Positions 37,489 through 48,364 of a stretch of DNA of 51,565 nucleotides are shown one piece after another. The stretch covers positions 1-51,565 of the forward strand of contig CAIMGI010000082.1 in the NCBI GenBank assembly GCA_903840505.1. Direction: 5' to 3'. Within the stretch, counting starts at the first letter, position 1. Each line of letters starts with the position of its first letter. Under the pieces are notes generated by a model. It worked only from the letters and a program-made list of their open reading frames with translations. It ran no database searches and was not told the origin of the DNA. The stretch is from an uncultured Bacteroidota bacterium (GTDB lineage: Bacteria > Bacteroidota > Bacteroidia > UBA4408). Made by a program: the position numbers and the translations under genes.

Positions 37489-40035
37489 TTATGATTCTGT
37501 TGTTTCGTTATTAGTTTCGTTAGTAGTATCAGCATCTCCTTCCGTGCCTTCAGCAATATCCGTTCCAACTTCAGGAATAATCTCTTCTTCCTTGTCAACC
37601 TTCGTTACGGCAGCAATGTCGTCCGATTCTTTCAGGTTGATAAGTCGTACACCTTGTGTTGCGCGTCCAATAACACGTAAGTCGGCAACCGACATACGTA
37701 TCATTATTCCCGATTTGTTAATAATCATCAAATCGTTTTGGTCGGTAACATCTTTAATGGCAATTAGTTCACCCGTTTTGTCGGTAATGTTTATGGTTTT
37801 AACACCTTTTCCTCCTCGTTTCGTAATTCTGTATTCTTCAATGTCCGAACGTTTACCATATCCTTTTTCAGACACCACCATTACGTTTATGTCTTTATTT
37901 TCAACGTCAATGGCAATCATTCCAATTACATCGTTTCCTTTTATACCAGATAAGTTAATACCTTTTACACCCGATGCATTTCGTCCCATTGGTCGCACTC
38001 CAGCTTCATTAAAACGAACAATCTTACCTCCACGTGAAGCCAACATTATTTCGTTTTTACCGGTTGTTAATTTTGCTTCCAATAGTGTATCGCCATCTCT
38101 CACTGTAATGGCATTGATACCATTTTGACGAGGGCGAGAATAAGCTTTTAAAGTCGTCTTTTTGATGATACCATTTTTAGTACACATAATGATGAAGTTA
38201 TTGTTTAGATAATCCTCATCCGCCAAATTTTTAACGTTAATGTATGCTTTCACTTTATCATCTTGAGGGATGTTTATTAGGTTTTGTATTGCTCTTCCTT
38301 TAGATGTTTTATTTCCTTCAGGTACTTCAAAGGCTCGCATCCAAAAACAACGACCTTGCTCGGTAAACAACAATAAATAATTGTGTGTTGATGCTACAAA
38401 TAAATGCTCAAGGAAATCTTCATCACGTGTTGCTGTACCTTTCGATCCTTTTCCTCCTCTGTTCTGTGTTCTGTATTCTGCCAATTGGGTGCGCTTAATA
38501 TAGCCCATATGTGATATAGTAATTACCACATCCTCATCAGCAATCATATCTTCAATTTTAAAATCGTTGGCAGCATAAACTATTTCAGATCTTCGTGCAT
38601 CACCATATTTTTCACGTATTTCAATAAGTTCATCTTTAATAATTTTCATTCTAAGCGACTCATCTGCCAAAATACTTTTTAAGTAATCAATTAATTTCAT
38701 CAATTCTTCGTACTCAGCTTTAATCTTATCTCTTTCCAATCCTGTTAATACGCGTAAACGCATTTCCAAAATTGCTTTGGCTTGTATTTCACTTAAACCA
38801 AAATTGCTCATTAATCCATCTTGAGCTTCACTTGGTGTTGCCGATTCACGTATCAATTTAATAACTTCATCTAAATGATCAAGTGCTATTAAATAACCTT
38901 GTAAAATATGTGCACGTTTCTCTGCTTGTACTAATTCATATTTTGTTCTTCTGATAACTACTTCGTGACGGTGAGCCACAAAATGTACTATCATATCTTT
39001 TAATGTTAACATCATTGGTCGCCCTGCAACCAATGCAATGTTATTGATACTAAAAGAAGATTGTAATTCGGTATACTTAAATAATTTATTCAGTACCACA
39101 TTTGTAATGGCATCCTTTTTTATTTCGTATACAATGCGCATTCCTTGTCTGTCACTTTCGTCACGTATGTCAGAAATTCCTTCTATTTTTTTGTCATTCA
39201 CCAATTCGGCTGTCTTTCGAATCATTTCAGCCTTATTAATCAAATAAGGAATTTCATTCACTATGATTCTTTCTTTGCCCGATGCAGTTTGCTCAATTTG
39301 TGTTTGAGCACGCATTACAATTTTACCTCTTCCGGTTTCAAAAGCATCTTTTACTCCTTCGTAACCGTAAATTATTCCGCCTGTAGGGAAATCTGGAGCT
39401 TTAATGTGTTGCATTAATCCCGCAACATCAATGTCATTATTCTCAATATAGGCTACAATACCATTTATAACTTCTGTTAAATTGTGAGGAGCCATATTGG
39501 TTGCCATACCAACTGCAATCCCCGAAGCTCCGTTTAATAATAAATTAGGGATACGACTAGGCATTACCGTAGGCTCTTCCAATGAATCATCAAAATTCAA
39601 ACGAAAATCAACGGTATCTTTTTCTAAATCCGCTACTATTTCTTCGGCAATTTTTTTCAATCGTGCTTCCGTGTAACGCATTGCAGCAGGGCTGTCTCCA
39701 TCAACCGAACCAAAGTTTCCTTGACCGTCAACCAATGGGTATCGTAAACTCCATACTTGAGCCATACGTACCATTGCATCGTATACCGAACTGTCACCGT
39801 GCGGGTGATATTTTCCCAATACCTCTCCAACAATTCTTGCTGATTTTTTATGTGCACGATTTGATAATACGCCCAACTCAAGCATACCATATAATACACG
39901 TCTGTGAACGGGTTTTAGTCCATCTCGAACATCCGGTAAAGCACGCGAAACAATAACTGACATCGAGTAATCGATGTAAGCATTTTTCATTTGCTCTTCA
40001 ATATTGATTTTGATAATTTTTTCGCCCTCTGCCAT
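37489..40035 (-). CDS. gyrA: DNA gyrase subunit A
   Basis: [43 protein letters not shown] (catalytic Tyr), GyrA-box QNRGGKG and an acidic tail. Confidence 0.98.
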   Translation of the reverse strand: MAEGEKIIKINIEEQMKNAYIDYSMSVIVSRALPDVRDGLKPVHRRVLYGMLELGVLSNRAHKKSARIVGEVLGKYHPHGDSSVYDAMVRMAQVWSLRYPLVDGQGNFGSVDGDSPAAMRYTEARLKKIAEEIVADLEKDTVDFRLNFDDSLEEPTVMPSRIPNLLLNGASGIAVGMATNMAPHNLTEVINGIVAYIENNDIDVAGLMQHIKAPDFPTGGIIYGYEGVKDAFETGRGKIVMRAQTQIEQTASGKERIIVNEIPYLINKAEMIRKTAELVNDKKIEGISDIRDESDRQGMRIVYEIKKDAITNVVLNKLFKYTELQSSFSINNIALVAGRPMMLTLKDMIVHFVAHRHEVVIRRTKYELVQAEKRAHILQGYLIALDHLDEVIKLIRESATPSEAQDGLMSNFGLSEIQAKAILEMRLRVLTGLERDKIKAEYEELMKLIDYLKSILADESLRMKIIKDELIEIREKYGDARRSEIVYAANDFKIEDMIADEDVVITISHMGYIKRTQLAEYRTQNRGGKGSKGTATRDEDFLEHLFVASTHNYLLLFTEQGRCFWMRAFEVPEGNKTSKGRAIQNLINIPQDDKVKAYINVKNLADEDYLNNNFIIMCTKNGIIKKTTLKAYSRPRQNGINAITVRDGDTLLEAKLTTGKNEIMLASRGGKIVRFNEAGVRPMGRNASGVKGINLSGIKGNDVIGMIAIDVENKDINVMVVSEKGYGKRSDIEEYRITKRGGKGVKTINITDKTGELIAIKDVTDQNDLMIINKSGIMIRMSVADLRVIGRATQGVRLINLKESDDIAAVTKVDKEEEIIPEVGTDIAEGTEGDADTTNETNNETTES

Positions 40036-40300
40036 TTTTTCTTGTTTTATGTTTTAAAATTCTGTAAAATCGATTGTATGAATCTTTTTTATTTTGACGC
40101 CCGAAGTTACTAAAATACTGTCGTTTTAAGGACTTAAAATTATTAATGAGTTATTAACATTGTTAACACTTTTCTGTTTGTAAAATAAACCTACAAAAAC
40201 TTTGGCATAGGATTCGATGGTTAATTTTGGAATAAATTATTTTGTTTATACATTGCACAATAATAAAGGATACTCACTACGCGTTAAATAGTACTAAATT

Positions 40301-42841
40301 ATGGAAGCTAAATTTTCACCCAGAGTTAAAGATGTCATTACCTATAGCCGCGAAGAGGCTTTGCGACTGGGTCACGACTATATAGGTACAGAACATTTGT
40401 TGTTAGGAATGATTAGAGATGGCGAAGGGATGGCTATAAAAATATTGAATTCCTTAGGAGTGAATTTGATTGATTTGCGCAAAAAAATGGAGCAATCGGT
40501 TAAAACCCCAGCTAAATCTACTAAGAGTTTACAGAATCTACCATTGATAAAACAAGCCGAGAAGGCATTGAAAATAACATACTTAGAGGCTAAGTTGTTT
40601 AAAAGTGAACTTATTGGCACAGAACACCTGTTATTGTCAATCTTAAAGGTAGATGATAATTTGGCAGCAAATGTGTTGGCAAAGTTCAATGTTGACTATG
40701 ATATGGTAAAAGCTCAGATAGATAACTACAATGCCAACGGTTTAACCGATACCAAAGCGGAATTCCCTTCTAATCCTTCTGATAATGATCCGGAAGAAGA
40801 CGAATCGGCTAGTTTTGGTGCTTCATCAAAAAAGACAATCGATCCGAAATCAAAAACGCCTGTGTTGGATAATTTTGGTCGCGACCTTACAAAAGCAGCC
40901 GAAGAAGATAAATTAGATCCTATCGTTGGTCGTGAAAAGGAAATTGAGCGTGTTTCTCAAATATTAAGTCGCAGGAAAAAGAATAACCCAATATTAATTG
41001 GTGAGCCCGGTGTTGGTAAATCTGCCATTGCTGAAGGTTTGGCCTTAAGGATAGTGCAGAAAAAAGTATCCCGCGTATTGTTTAACAAGCGTGTGGTTAC
41101 CTTGGATTTAGCATCATTGGTTGCAGGTACCAAGTACCGCGGACAGTTTGAAGAAAGAATGAAAGCCGTAATGAATGAACTGGAAAAATCGCCTGATGTT
41201 ATTTTGTTTATAGATGAAATACATACCATTATTGGTGCAGGCGGAGCAAGTGGCTCAATGGATGCTTCCAATATGTTTAAGCCTGCTTTAGCACGTGGCG
41301 AAATACAATGTATTGGTGCAACAACCTTGGATGAATTCCGTCAATATATTGAAAAGGATGGCGCTTTGGAAAGAAGGTTTCAAAAAGTAATTATTGAACC
41401 GGCAACTGTTGAGGAAACGATTCAAATTTTAAATAATATTAAAGGGAAATACGAAGATCATCACAACGTAACCTATACCGATGAGGCATTGAAAGCCTGT
41501 GTAAACCTTACTCAGCGTTATATTAGCGATAGGCATTTACCAGATAAGGCAATTGATGCAATGGATGAGGTAGGTTCAAGGGTTCACATCACCAACATAA
41601 ATGTTCCACAAAATATCATTGAGATAGAAAAAAAGGTGGAAGACATTAAAGTAGAAAAAAACAAGGTTGTTAGGAGTCAGAAGTATGAAGAGGCAGCAAA
41701 ATTAAGAGATACAGAGCGACAATTACTCGAGCAGCTTGAAATTGCAAAAAAGCAGTGGGAAGATGACACCAAAAATAACCGTGAATTGGTTACTGAGGAT
41801 AATGTTGCTGAGGTTGTAGCAATGATGACCGGAATACCAGTTCAGCGTGTTGCATTGAATGAAAGCAACCGCTTGATGAATATGCTCGATTCCATAAAAG
41901 GTAAAGTAATTGGTCAAGACAATGCCATCCAAAAAGTAGTAAAAGCAATTCAACGAAATAGGGCAGGCTTAAAAGATCCAAACAAACCAATCGGTTCCTT
42001 TATTTTCCTTGGCCCTACGGGGGTAGGGAAAACTCAATTGGCAAAGGTATTGGCAAGGTATTTATTTGATAGTGAAGAAGCTCTTTTGCGCATTGATATG
42101 AGTGAGTATATGGAAAAATTTGCCGTTACTCGACTTATTGGTGCACCTCCGGGATATGTAGGGTACGAGGAGGGTGGTCAGCTTACTGAAAAGGTTCGTA
42201 GAAAACCGTACTCTATTATATTGTTAGATGAAATAGAAAAGGCGCATCCCGATGTGTTTAATTTATTGTTGCAAGTATTGGACGATGGACAGTTAACTGA
42301 TAGTTTAGGCAGAAAGGTTGATTTTAAAAACACCATCATCATTATGACATCTAATATTGGCTCACGTCAATTAAAAGATTTCGGACAAGGTGTAGGTTTT
42401 ACCACTTCGGCAAAAGCAAACGATGTGGATGCACACTCAAAAGGTGTGATTGAAGGAGCCTTAAAAAAGGCCTTTGCTCCTGAGTTTTTAAACCGAATTG
42501 ACGATGTTGTAATGTTCAATTCATTAAGCAGAGAAGACATTCATATCATTATTGATATTGAACTTAAAAACTTGTACGGACGAGTTGAATCCTTGGGTTA
42601 CAAAATTAAATTAACAGAAAAAGCAAAAGATTTTATTGCCGACAAAGGATACGATGTTAATTTCGGTGCTCGACCGTTAAAACGTGCAATCCAAAAATAC
42701 CTTGAGGATCCATTGGCAGAAGAAATCTTAAAATCGAAACTTGCTGAAGGTGATTCTATAGAAGTTGATTTGGATGAAGAAAAGCAAGAAATTACAATGA
42801 AGACAATTAAAGCGAAGAAGAAAAAGACAAAGGAAGAGTAA
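40301..42841 (+). CDS. clpC: ATP-dependent Clp protease ATP-binding subunit ClpC
   Basis: Two Clp-N repeats (IGTEHLLL), GEPGVGKS, UVR-like YEEAAKLRD and GPTGVGKT. Confidence 0.93.
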   Translation: MEAKFSPRVKDVITYSREEALRLGHDYIGTEHLLLGMIRDGEGMAIKILNSLGVNLIDLRKKMEQSVKTPAKSTKSLQNLPLIKQAEKALKITYLEAKLFKSELIGTEHLLLSILKVDDNLAANVLAKFNVDYDMVKAQIDNYNANGLTDTKAEFPSNPSDNDPEEDESASFGASSKKTIDPKSKTPVLDNFGRDLTKAAEEDKLDPIVGREKEIERVSQILSRRKKNNPILIGEPGVGKSAIAEGLALRIVQKKVSRVLFNKRVVTLDLASLVAGTKYRGQFEERMKAVMNELEKSPDVILFIDEIHTIIGAGGASGSMDASNMFKPALARGEIQCIGATTLDEFRQYIEKDGALERRFQKVIIEPATVEETIQILNNIKGKYEDHHNVTYTDEALKACVNLTQRYISDRHLPDKAIDAMDEVGSRVHITNINVPQNIIEIEKKVEDIKVEKNKVVRSQKYEEAAKLRDTERQLLEQLEIAKKQWEDDTKNNRELVTEDNVAEVVAMMTGIPVQRVALNESNRLMNMLDSIKGKVIGQDNAIQKVVKAIQRNRAGLKDPNKPIGSFIFLGPTGVGKTQLAKVLARYLFDSEEALLRIDMSEYMEKFAVTRLIGAPPGYVGYEEGGQLTEKVRRKPYSIILLDEIEKAHPDVFNLLLQVLDDGQLTDSLGRKVDFKNTIIIMTSNIGSRQLKDFGQGVGFTTSAKANDVDAHSKGVIEGALKKAFAPEFLNRIDDVVMFNSLSREDIHIIIDIELKNLYGRVESLGYKIKLTEKAKDFIADKGYDVNFGARPLKRAIQKYLEDPLAEEILKSKLAEGDSIEVDLDEEKQEITMKTIKAKKKKTKEE

Positions 42842-42854
42842 TTGTGAAAAGCAT

Positions 42855-42901
42855 TAAAACAAAAAAGGGGCGAGTTTTACACTCGCCCCTTTTTTGTTTT
42901 A
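42855..42901. terminator. Bidirectional intrinsic terminator between clpC and ndk
   Basis: Perfect 21-bp inverted repeat TAAAACAAAAAAGGGGCGAGT / ACTCGCCCCTTTTTTGTTTTA with a 5-nt loop. Confidence 0.92.
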
Positions 42902-42908
42902 TTTGTAA

Positions 42909-43328
42909 TTAGTAACGCTCTAATTGAGAAAAGTAAAAATTGCCTTCTATCTCCGCATTTGCATCGCTGTCAGAACCGTGAACAGCATTTGCTGCAATTG
43001 ATTCAGCATAAATTTTACGAATAGTGCCTTCAGCTGCTTCTTTAGGATTTGTTGCACCAATCAATGTTCTGAAATCGGCTACAGCATTTTCTTTTTCCAA
43101 AATGGCTGCTACTATTGGTCCTGACGACATATATTGTACCAATTCACCATAAAAGGGACGCTCTTTGTGAACTTCATAAAATTTACCTGCAGCCTCAGCA
43201 CTTAGTTTAGTGTATTTCATTGCCACTACTCTAAAACCTGCATCGTTTATCATTTTTAAAATCCCACCTATGTAGTTTTTTGCTACAGCATCGGGCTTTA
43301 TCATAGTAAATGTTCTATTTGTTGCCAT
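42909..43328 (-). CDS. ndk: Nucleoside-diphosphate kinase
   Basis: [26 protein letters not shown] and NAVHGSDS. Confidence 0.97.
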   Translation of the reverse strand: MATNRTFTMIKPDAVAKNYIGGILKMINDAGFRVVAMKYTKLSAEAAGKFYEVHKERPFYGELVQYMSSGPIVAAILEKENAVADFRTLIGATNPKEAAEGTIRKIYAESIAANAVHGSDSDANAEIEGNFYFSQLERY

Positions 43329-43521
43329 TTTTGTTTATTTATTATTTTGCTGCAAAAGTATAAAATTATACTGTGTAAAAAAGCAATCTATAGCAACTAA
43401 TAGCTATATAGTTTTGAATTTCTGCTCAATATACTATGTATAATGTGTTGAAAACATGGAGAGCCGTACTTGCTTACCACATAGGTAAATTCCCTATTTT
43501 TGCTTAGTAATTTATGCCGAT

Positions 43522-44316
43522 ATGAAACAATTTCACGATTTAATGACCCACGTTTTGGAGCAAGGGGTAGTCAAAACAGACCGAACAGGTACCGGAACAA
43601 AAAGTGTTTTTGGCTATCAGATGCGGTTTAATTTGCAAGAGGGTTTCCCTTTACTTACTACTAAAAAGTTACATATCAAATCCATATTACACGAATTGCT
43701 ATGGTTTTTAACGGGCGATACAAACATTAAATATTTGAAAGATAATGGAGTAAGTATATGGGATGAATGGGCAGATGAAAATGGAAATTTAGGACCTGTA
43801 TATGGTTATCAGTGGCGCAGCTGGCCTGCCGCCAATGGAAAACATATCGATCAGATAGCGCAAGTAGTAAATCAATTGAAAAATAATCCCGATAGCAGAA
43901 GAATGATAGTGAGCGCTTGGAATGTGGCAGAAATAGAGAATATGAAGCTGCCGCCTTGTCACGCTTTTTTTCAGTTTTATGTTGCCGATGGAAAATTAAG
44001 TTGTCAATTGTATCAACGCAGTGCCGATATTTTTTTGGGAGTACCTTTTAACATTGCGTCTTATGCTATGCTTACAATGATGATGGCGCAGGTGTGTAAT
44101 TTACAGGTTGGCGATTTTATTCATACTTTAGGTGATGCACACATTTATTCAAATCACATTGAACAAGCAAAACTCCAACTGTCAAGAGACTTAAGGCCTT
44201 TGCCTACCTTGAAAATAAATCCTGCCGTTTCTAGTATTTTTGATTTTAAATTTGAGGATTTTACTATTGAAAATTATAATCCTCATCCTCACATTAAAGC
44301 TTCGGTAGCTGTCTGA
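43522..44316 (+). CDS. thyA: Thymidylate synthase
   Basis: [28 protein letters not shown] and [18 protein letters not shown]. Confidence 0.98.
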   Translation: MKQFHDLMTHVLEQGVVKTDRTGTGTKSVFGYQMRFNLQEGFPLLTTKKLHIKSILHELLWFLTGDTNIKYLKDNGVSIWDEWADENGNLGPVYGYQWRSWPAANGKHIDQIAQVVNQLKNNPDSRRMIVSAWNVAEIENMKLPPCHAFFQFYVADGKLSCQLYQRSADIFLGVPFNIASYAMLTMMMAQVCNLQVGDFIHTLGDAHIYSNHIEQAKLQLSRDLRPLPTLKINPAVSSIFDFKFEDFTIENYNPHPHIKASVAV

Positions 44317-44348
44317 TTTTTTACTATTTTAGTACAAAATATAATTCT

Positions 44349-45950
44349 ATGCGCGCTACATTTTTTTATTTTTCAATAATAGTATTGCTATTAACAGCAA
44401 TCATAGGGTATTATTACCACGGATTTTTATGGTCGTTGTGTATTACCATACCACTTATTTTAGTTGGTGTCAACGATATTCTTCAACCAAGCCAAACTAT
44501 TCGCAGGAATTACCCTGTGATTGGACGAATGCGCTATTGGGCAGAGTGGATGCGTCCTAAAATTTACCAATATTTTATTGAATCAGATACAGATGGCGCA
44601 CCCTATAATAGATTAAACAGAAATGTAATTTATCAGCGTGCTAAAAAAGTAAACGACACAACCCCTTTTGGTACCCAGTTAAATGTATATGAAGTAGGTT
44701 ATGAATGGTTAAATCACAGTATATCGCCCCTTCATCACGATAAGGTAGATAATAACCCCAGAGTGATGGTGGGAGGACCTGATTGTAAACAACCTTATTC
44801 TGCGAGTATTTTTAATGTATCAGCAATGAGTTTTGGTTCATTGAGCAAAAATGCGATTATGGCTTTGAATGGCGGAGCTAAAATAGGAGGATTTGCTCAC
44901 AATACAGGTGAAGGCGGATTAAGCCCTTACCATATAGAACCCGGTGGCGATATTATTTGGCAAATAGGAACAGGCTATTTTGGTTGCCGTCACGCTGACG
45001 GAACATTTAATTATGAAGAATTTGCGAATCGTGCCGTGTTGCCCAATGTAAAAATGATTGAGATAAAACTTTCTCAAGGTGCAAAACCCGGTCACGGTGG
45101 AATATTGCCTGCAAAGAAAGTAACCGATGAAATAGCAAAAATACGTTTGGTTGAAAAAGGGAAGGATGTACTTTCTCCACCTTCTCACAATGCTTTTTCA
45201 AATCCGGTGGAAATGCTACAATTTATTGAAAAATTGCGCAACTTATCAGGTGGAAAACCGGTAGGGTTTAAATTGTGTGTAGGAAGAAAAAGTCAGTTTA
45301 TTGCCATTTGCAAAGCAATGGTAAAAACCAATATTATGCCCGACTTTATTACAGTTGATGGGGGAGAAGGTGGTACAGGTGCTGCTCCATTAGAATTTTC
45401 TAATTCAGTAGGAATGCCTTTGCGCGATGGATTGGCATTTGTATACGATACCTTGAACGGATTTGCTTTGAAGCGTCACATTAAAATAATTGCTTCCGGC
45501 AAGGTAGCAAGTGGTTTTGATTTAGTGAAGAACCTTTCTTTAGGAGCAGATATGTGTAATGCTGCTCGTGCAATGATGATTTCTTTAGGTTGTATACAAG
45601 CGCTGGAATGCAATACAAACAAATGTCCTACAGGAGTTGCTACCCAGGACAATAATTTAGCAAAAGGTTTAGATGTAAACGATAAAAAAGTAAGAGTTGC
45701 TAATTTTCACGGTGAGACTGTTAAAAGTGCTGTTGAATTATTGGCTGCAGCCGGAATAAACCATCCAAGTAAATTGCACCGTTCGTACATTTATAGAAGG
45801 GTAAGTGCTGCAACCATTCAGACTTATGCAGAAACCTATCCGTATATGTTGCGAGGAAGTTTATTGGAGCCGCCTTTTCCACCGGCATACGAATTGGATA
45901 TGGCAAACAGTAGTGCCGAAACATTTGAACATTCTATCTCATACGCATAG
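44349..45950 (+). CDS. FMN-binding glutamate synthase family protein (stand-alone, membrane-anchored)
   Basis: N-terminal TM helices; SAMSFGSLS, NTGEGG, EIKLSQGAKPGHGG, VDGGEGGTGAAP and CIQALECNTNKCPTGVATQ (Fe-S motif). Confidence 0.92.
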   Translation: MRATFFYFSIIVLLLTAIIGYYYHGFLWSLCITIPLILVGVNDILQPSQTIRRNYPVIGRMRYWAEWMRPKIYQYFIESDTDGAPYNRLNRNVIYQRAKKVNDTTPFGTQLNVYEVGYEWLNHSISPLHHDKVDNNPRVMVGGPDCKQPYSASIFNVSAMSFGSLSKNAIMALNGGAKIGGFAHNTGEGGLSPYHIEPGGDIIWQIGTGYFGCRHADGTFNYEEFANRAVLPNVKMIEIKLSQGAKPGHGGILPAKKVTDEIAKIRLVEKGKDVLSPPSHNAFSNPVEMLQFIEKLRNLSGGKPVGFKLCVGRKSQFIAICKAMVKTNIMPDFITVDGGEGGTGAAPLEFSNSVGMPLRDGLAFVYDTLNGFALKRHIKIIASGKVASGFDLVKNLSLGADMCNAARAMMISLGCIQALECNTNKCPTGVATQDNNLAKGLDVNDKKVRVANFHGETVKSAVELLAAAGINHPSKLHRSYIYRRVSAATIQTYAETYPYMLRGSLLEPPFPPAYELDMANSSAETFEHSISYA

Positions 45951-45953
45951 TTA

Positions 45954-46457
45954 ATGAAACTATCAATAATAGTGGCTGTTGCTAAAAAAAATGTGATAGG
46001 TAAAAACAATGCACTCATTTGGCATTTACCTGCTGATATGAAATTTTTTAAGGAAAAAACAAGCGGACATTGTATTATAACAGGAAGAAAGAATTACGAG
46101 TCCATTCCTGAAAAATACAGGCCACTCATCAATAGAACCAATATTGTTGTTACACATCAAAAGAATTATTCCGCACCCGGAACGATAGTAGTACATACCA
46201 TTGCAGATGCATTAAAAGAAGCAGAGTCAAGAAAAGATGACGAGGTGTTTATTATTGGTGGTGCCGAAATTTATAAGCAAACTATTGATAAGGTGAATAC
46301 AATCTACTTGACCCAAATTGATGAAAATTTTGACGGTGATGTTTTTTTTCCTGAAATTGATACCTTAAATTGGAAATTAACGGAAACAGTTCCTGGAATT
46401 GTAAACGAAAAAAATACATACTCACATTCATTTATGAAATACGAACGAATAAAATAA
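45954..46457 (+). CDS. folA: Dihydrofolate reductase
   Basis: VIGKNNALIWHLPADMKFFK, GRKNYESI, RPLINRTNIV, IIGGAEIY and GDVFFP. Confidence 0.96.
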   Translation: MKLSIIVAVAKKNVIGKNNALIWHLPADMKFFKEKTSGHCIITGRKNYESIPEKYRPLINRTNIVVTHQKNYSAPGTIVVHTIADALKEAESRKDDEVFIIGGAEIYKQTIDKVNTIYLTQIDENFDGDVFFPEIDTLNWKLTETVPGIVNEKNTYSHSFMKYERIK

Positions 46458-46461
46458 TTGT

Positions 46462-47280
46462 ATGAAAAAGATTGCTCTGTTTAGTTTAGCATTTATAGCT
46501 TGTTTGTTTTCATTGTCCTGCAGAAAATCTGACAGAAATAACGATAAAGAAGTTTTTTCGGTGATGGATAATATAATGGCAGTTAATTTTATAAATGATT
46601 TATACAATCAAGTAATGGAAGGCGCTTCATTACAAACAGAGTTAAATAAAGTACAATCAACGTGTGCTACTTACACGGTTACAGCAGCAGCTCCCGACAC
46701 TGTATTTCCCAAAACATTAACAATTGATTTTGGAATATCCAATTGTGTTGATGCAAACAATGTAAATCATCGTGGACAAATTATAGCTGTATTTTCCAAT
46801 AAATACAAAGTGTTAAATGCAACCATAGTTATTACTTTTTTGAATTATTTTTACAAGGATATGGAGATTAATGGCACTTTCACAATCACCAACAAAGGAC
46901 TAAATGCAGCCGGGAATAAAGTGTTTTATATTACCACAACAGATGCTACCATTTATACCCAGGATAAAAAATCGTATGTGTATTACAATTGTATGTTTAA
47001 AAAGGAGTGCATCGCGGGAACAGGAACTCCTGAAATTACAGATGATACCTTTATGCTTACAGGCACTGCGAGCGGCATAAATCAATTGGGGAATACATTT
47101 ACAAGTGTTATTGAAACAGCCTTATCTGTTGATAACAATTGTAAGCATATAGTAAGTGGTATACTTAAAGTAACGCCCAAAAATTTGTCGGTGCGAAAAT
47201 TAAATTATGGCGATGGAGGTTGTGATGGTGCTATGACATTTAATATAAATGGGGCAACAAACAATGTTGTAGAAGAGTAA
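46462..47280 (+). CDS. Hypothetical lipoprotein, paralog 1 of 3
   Basis: Lipobox LSC-RK; shares TIDFG..NC.....RG.I and C..IVSG...YG.G.CD motifs with the next two genes. Confidence 0.82.
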   Translation: MKKIALFSLAFIACLFSLSCRKSDRNNDKEVFSVMDNIMAVNFINDLYNQVMEGASLQTELNKVQSTCATYTVTAAAPDTVFPKTLTIDFGISNCVDANNVNHRGQIIAVFSNKYKVLNATIVITFLNYFYKDMEINGTFTITNKGLNAAGNKVFYITTTDATIYTQDKKSYVYYNCMFKKECIAGTGTPEITDDTFMLTGTASGINQLGNTFTSVIETALSVDNNCKHIVSGILKVTPKNLSVRKLNYGDGGCDGAMTFNINGATNNVVEE

Positions 47281-47340
47281 TTTATTGTCCTGTTTTTCAG
47301 ACAGTTAAAATTTTATTTTTAATTTTTTTAGGACTTGCTT

Positions 47341-47364
47341 AAACCTTACAGGTTATGTTGCGTC
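47341..47364 (+). promoter_or_regulatory. Candidate ECF-sigma promoter (AAAC-N16-CGTC)
   Basis: AAAC at 47341-47344 and CGTC at 47361-47364, about 50 nt upstream of the paralog 2 ATG. Confidence 0.4.
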
Positions 47365-47415
47365 ATAGCTACAAAACCGGTAAAAAATTAAACAAACATT
47401 ATAAAACTAAAAGCT

Positions 47416-48267
47416 ATGAAAACCAAATTTTTCTTCCTTCGAACCATCACAGCAATTGTCTTAATAGGATCCGTTATTACAAGCTGTAAAAAAGAAACTA
47501 CAACTGAAGACACTGATACACAATCTGCAAGTGATAATTCATTGGCGGAATCAAACTTCAATGACGTACAAAGTATATCCGAACAAGCGAATGATTTAGG
47601 TTCTTTGTTGAGTTATAAAATGCAAAACCCATATCAGGAATTAACTATTTTAAGTGCTTGCGCCACCGTTACAAAAGATACTGTAGCAAATCCACACACC
47701 ATTACCATTGATTTTGGTGCAACAAATTGTACTTGTACCGATGGGAAAATGAGAAGAGGTCAAATACTTGTTTCTTACACAGGACCATACCGCGCAACAG
47801 GAACGGTTATTACACATACTTTCAATAATTATTTTGTGAACGATAATCAAGTTACAGGTACAAAAACAGTTACCAACAATGGTCCGAATGGCGCAGGAAA
47901 CTTAACCTTTGCTATAAATGCAACAGGAAATGTTATACTAGCAAACAATGGGGGTACTATATCTTGGACATCAACCCGCACTAGAGAGTGGACAGCAGGT
48001 TCGGCAACACAAACAGTGCAGGATGATGTATATAGCATTACAGGCGGAGCAACCGGAACGAGTGCTGCAGGAAATACTTTTGTATCACAAATTACCACTC
48101 CATTGGTTAGAAAAATGGCAACAGGGTGCCGACAAATAGTGAGCGGTGTGATAGTATTGTCGCCTGCTAACAAGGCTATAAGAACAATTGATTACGGAAC
48201 AGGTGTTTGCGATGACCAAGCTACCGTTACCATAAATGGACATTCTCGCACCATAACATTGAGATAA
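47416..48267 (+). CDS. Hypothetical lipoprotein, paralog 2 of 3
   Basis: Lipobox ITSC-KKE; 283 aa; colinear with paralog 3. Confidence 0.85.
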   Translation: MKTKFFFLRTITAIVLIGSVITSCKKETTTEDTDTQSASDNSLAESNFNDVQSISEQANDLGSLLSYKMQNPYQELTILSACATVTKDTVANPHTITIDFGATNCTCTDGKMRRGQILVSYTGPYRATGTVITHTFNNYFVNDNQVTGTKTVTNNGPNGAGNLTFAINATGNVILANNGGTISWTSTRTREWTAGSATQTVQDDVYSITGGATGTSAAGNTFVSQITTPLVRKMATGCRQIVSGVIVLSPANKAIRTIDYGTGVCDDQATVTINGHSRTITLR

Positions 48268-48288
48268 GATAGGGGTTAATAATGATTG

Positions 48289-48323
48289 CACAAAAGCCAT
48301 TACCATTTGTAATGGCTTTTGTG
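48289..48323 (+). terminator. Intrinsic terminator-like hairpin between paralogs 2 and 3
   Basis: CACAAAAGCCATTAC-5 nt loop-GTAATGGCTTTTGTG, a 15-bp perfect stem. Confidence 0.8.
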
Positions 48324-48364
48324 TTTAAAAAAGAATCAGTACATTTAAATCGCAAAAAAATAAA

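Noticed and set aside
37406-38128. 240-aa ORF antisense to gyrA
   Set aside because: It is an in-register antisense shadow of a conserved gene, with no motifs or expression signals.
39770-39810. Quinolone-resistance substitution in GyrA
   Set aside because: HGDSSVYD keeps Ser and Asp at the positions equivalent to E. coli 83 and 87.
42855-42901. 21-bp perfect inverted repeat as a MITE/REP element
   Set aside because: It is single copy in the window, has no target duplication, and sits between convergent genes as a bidirectional terminator.
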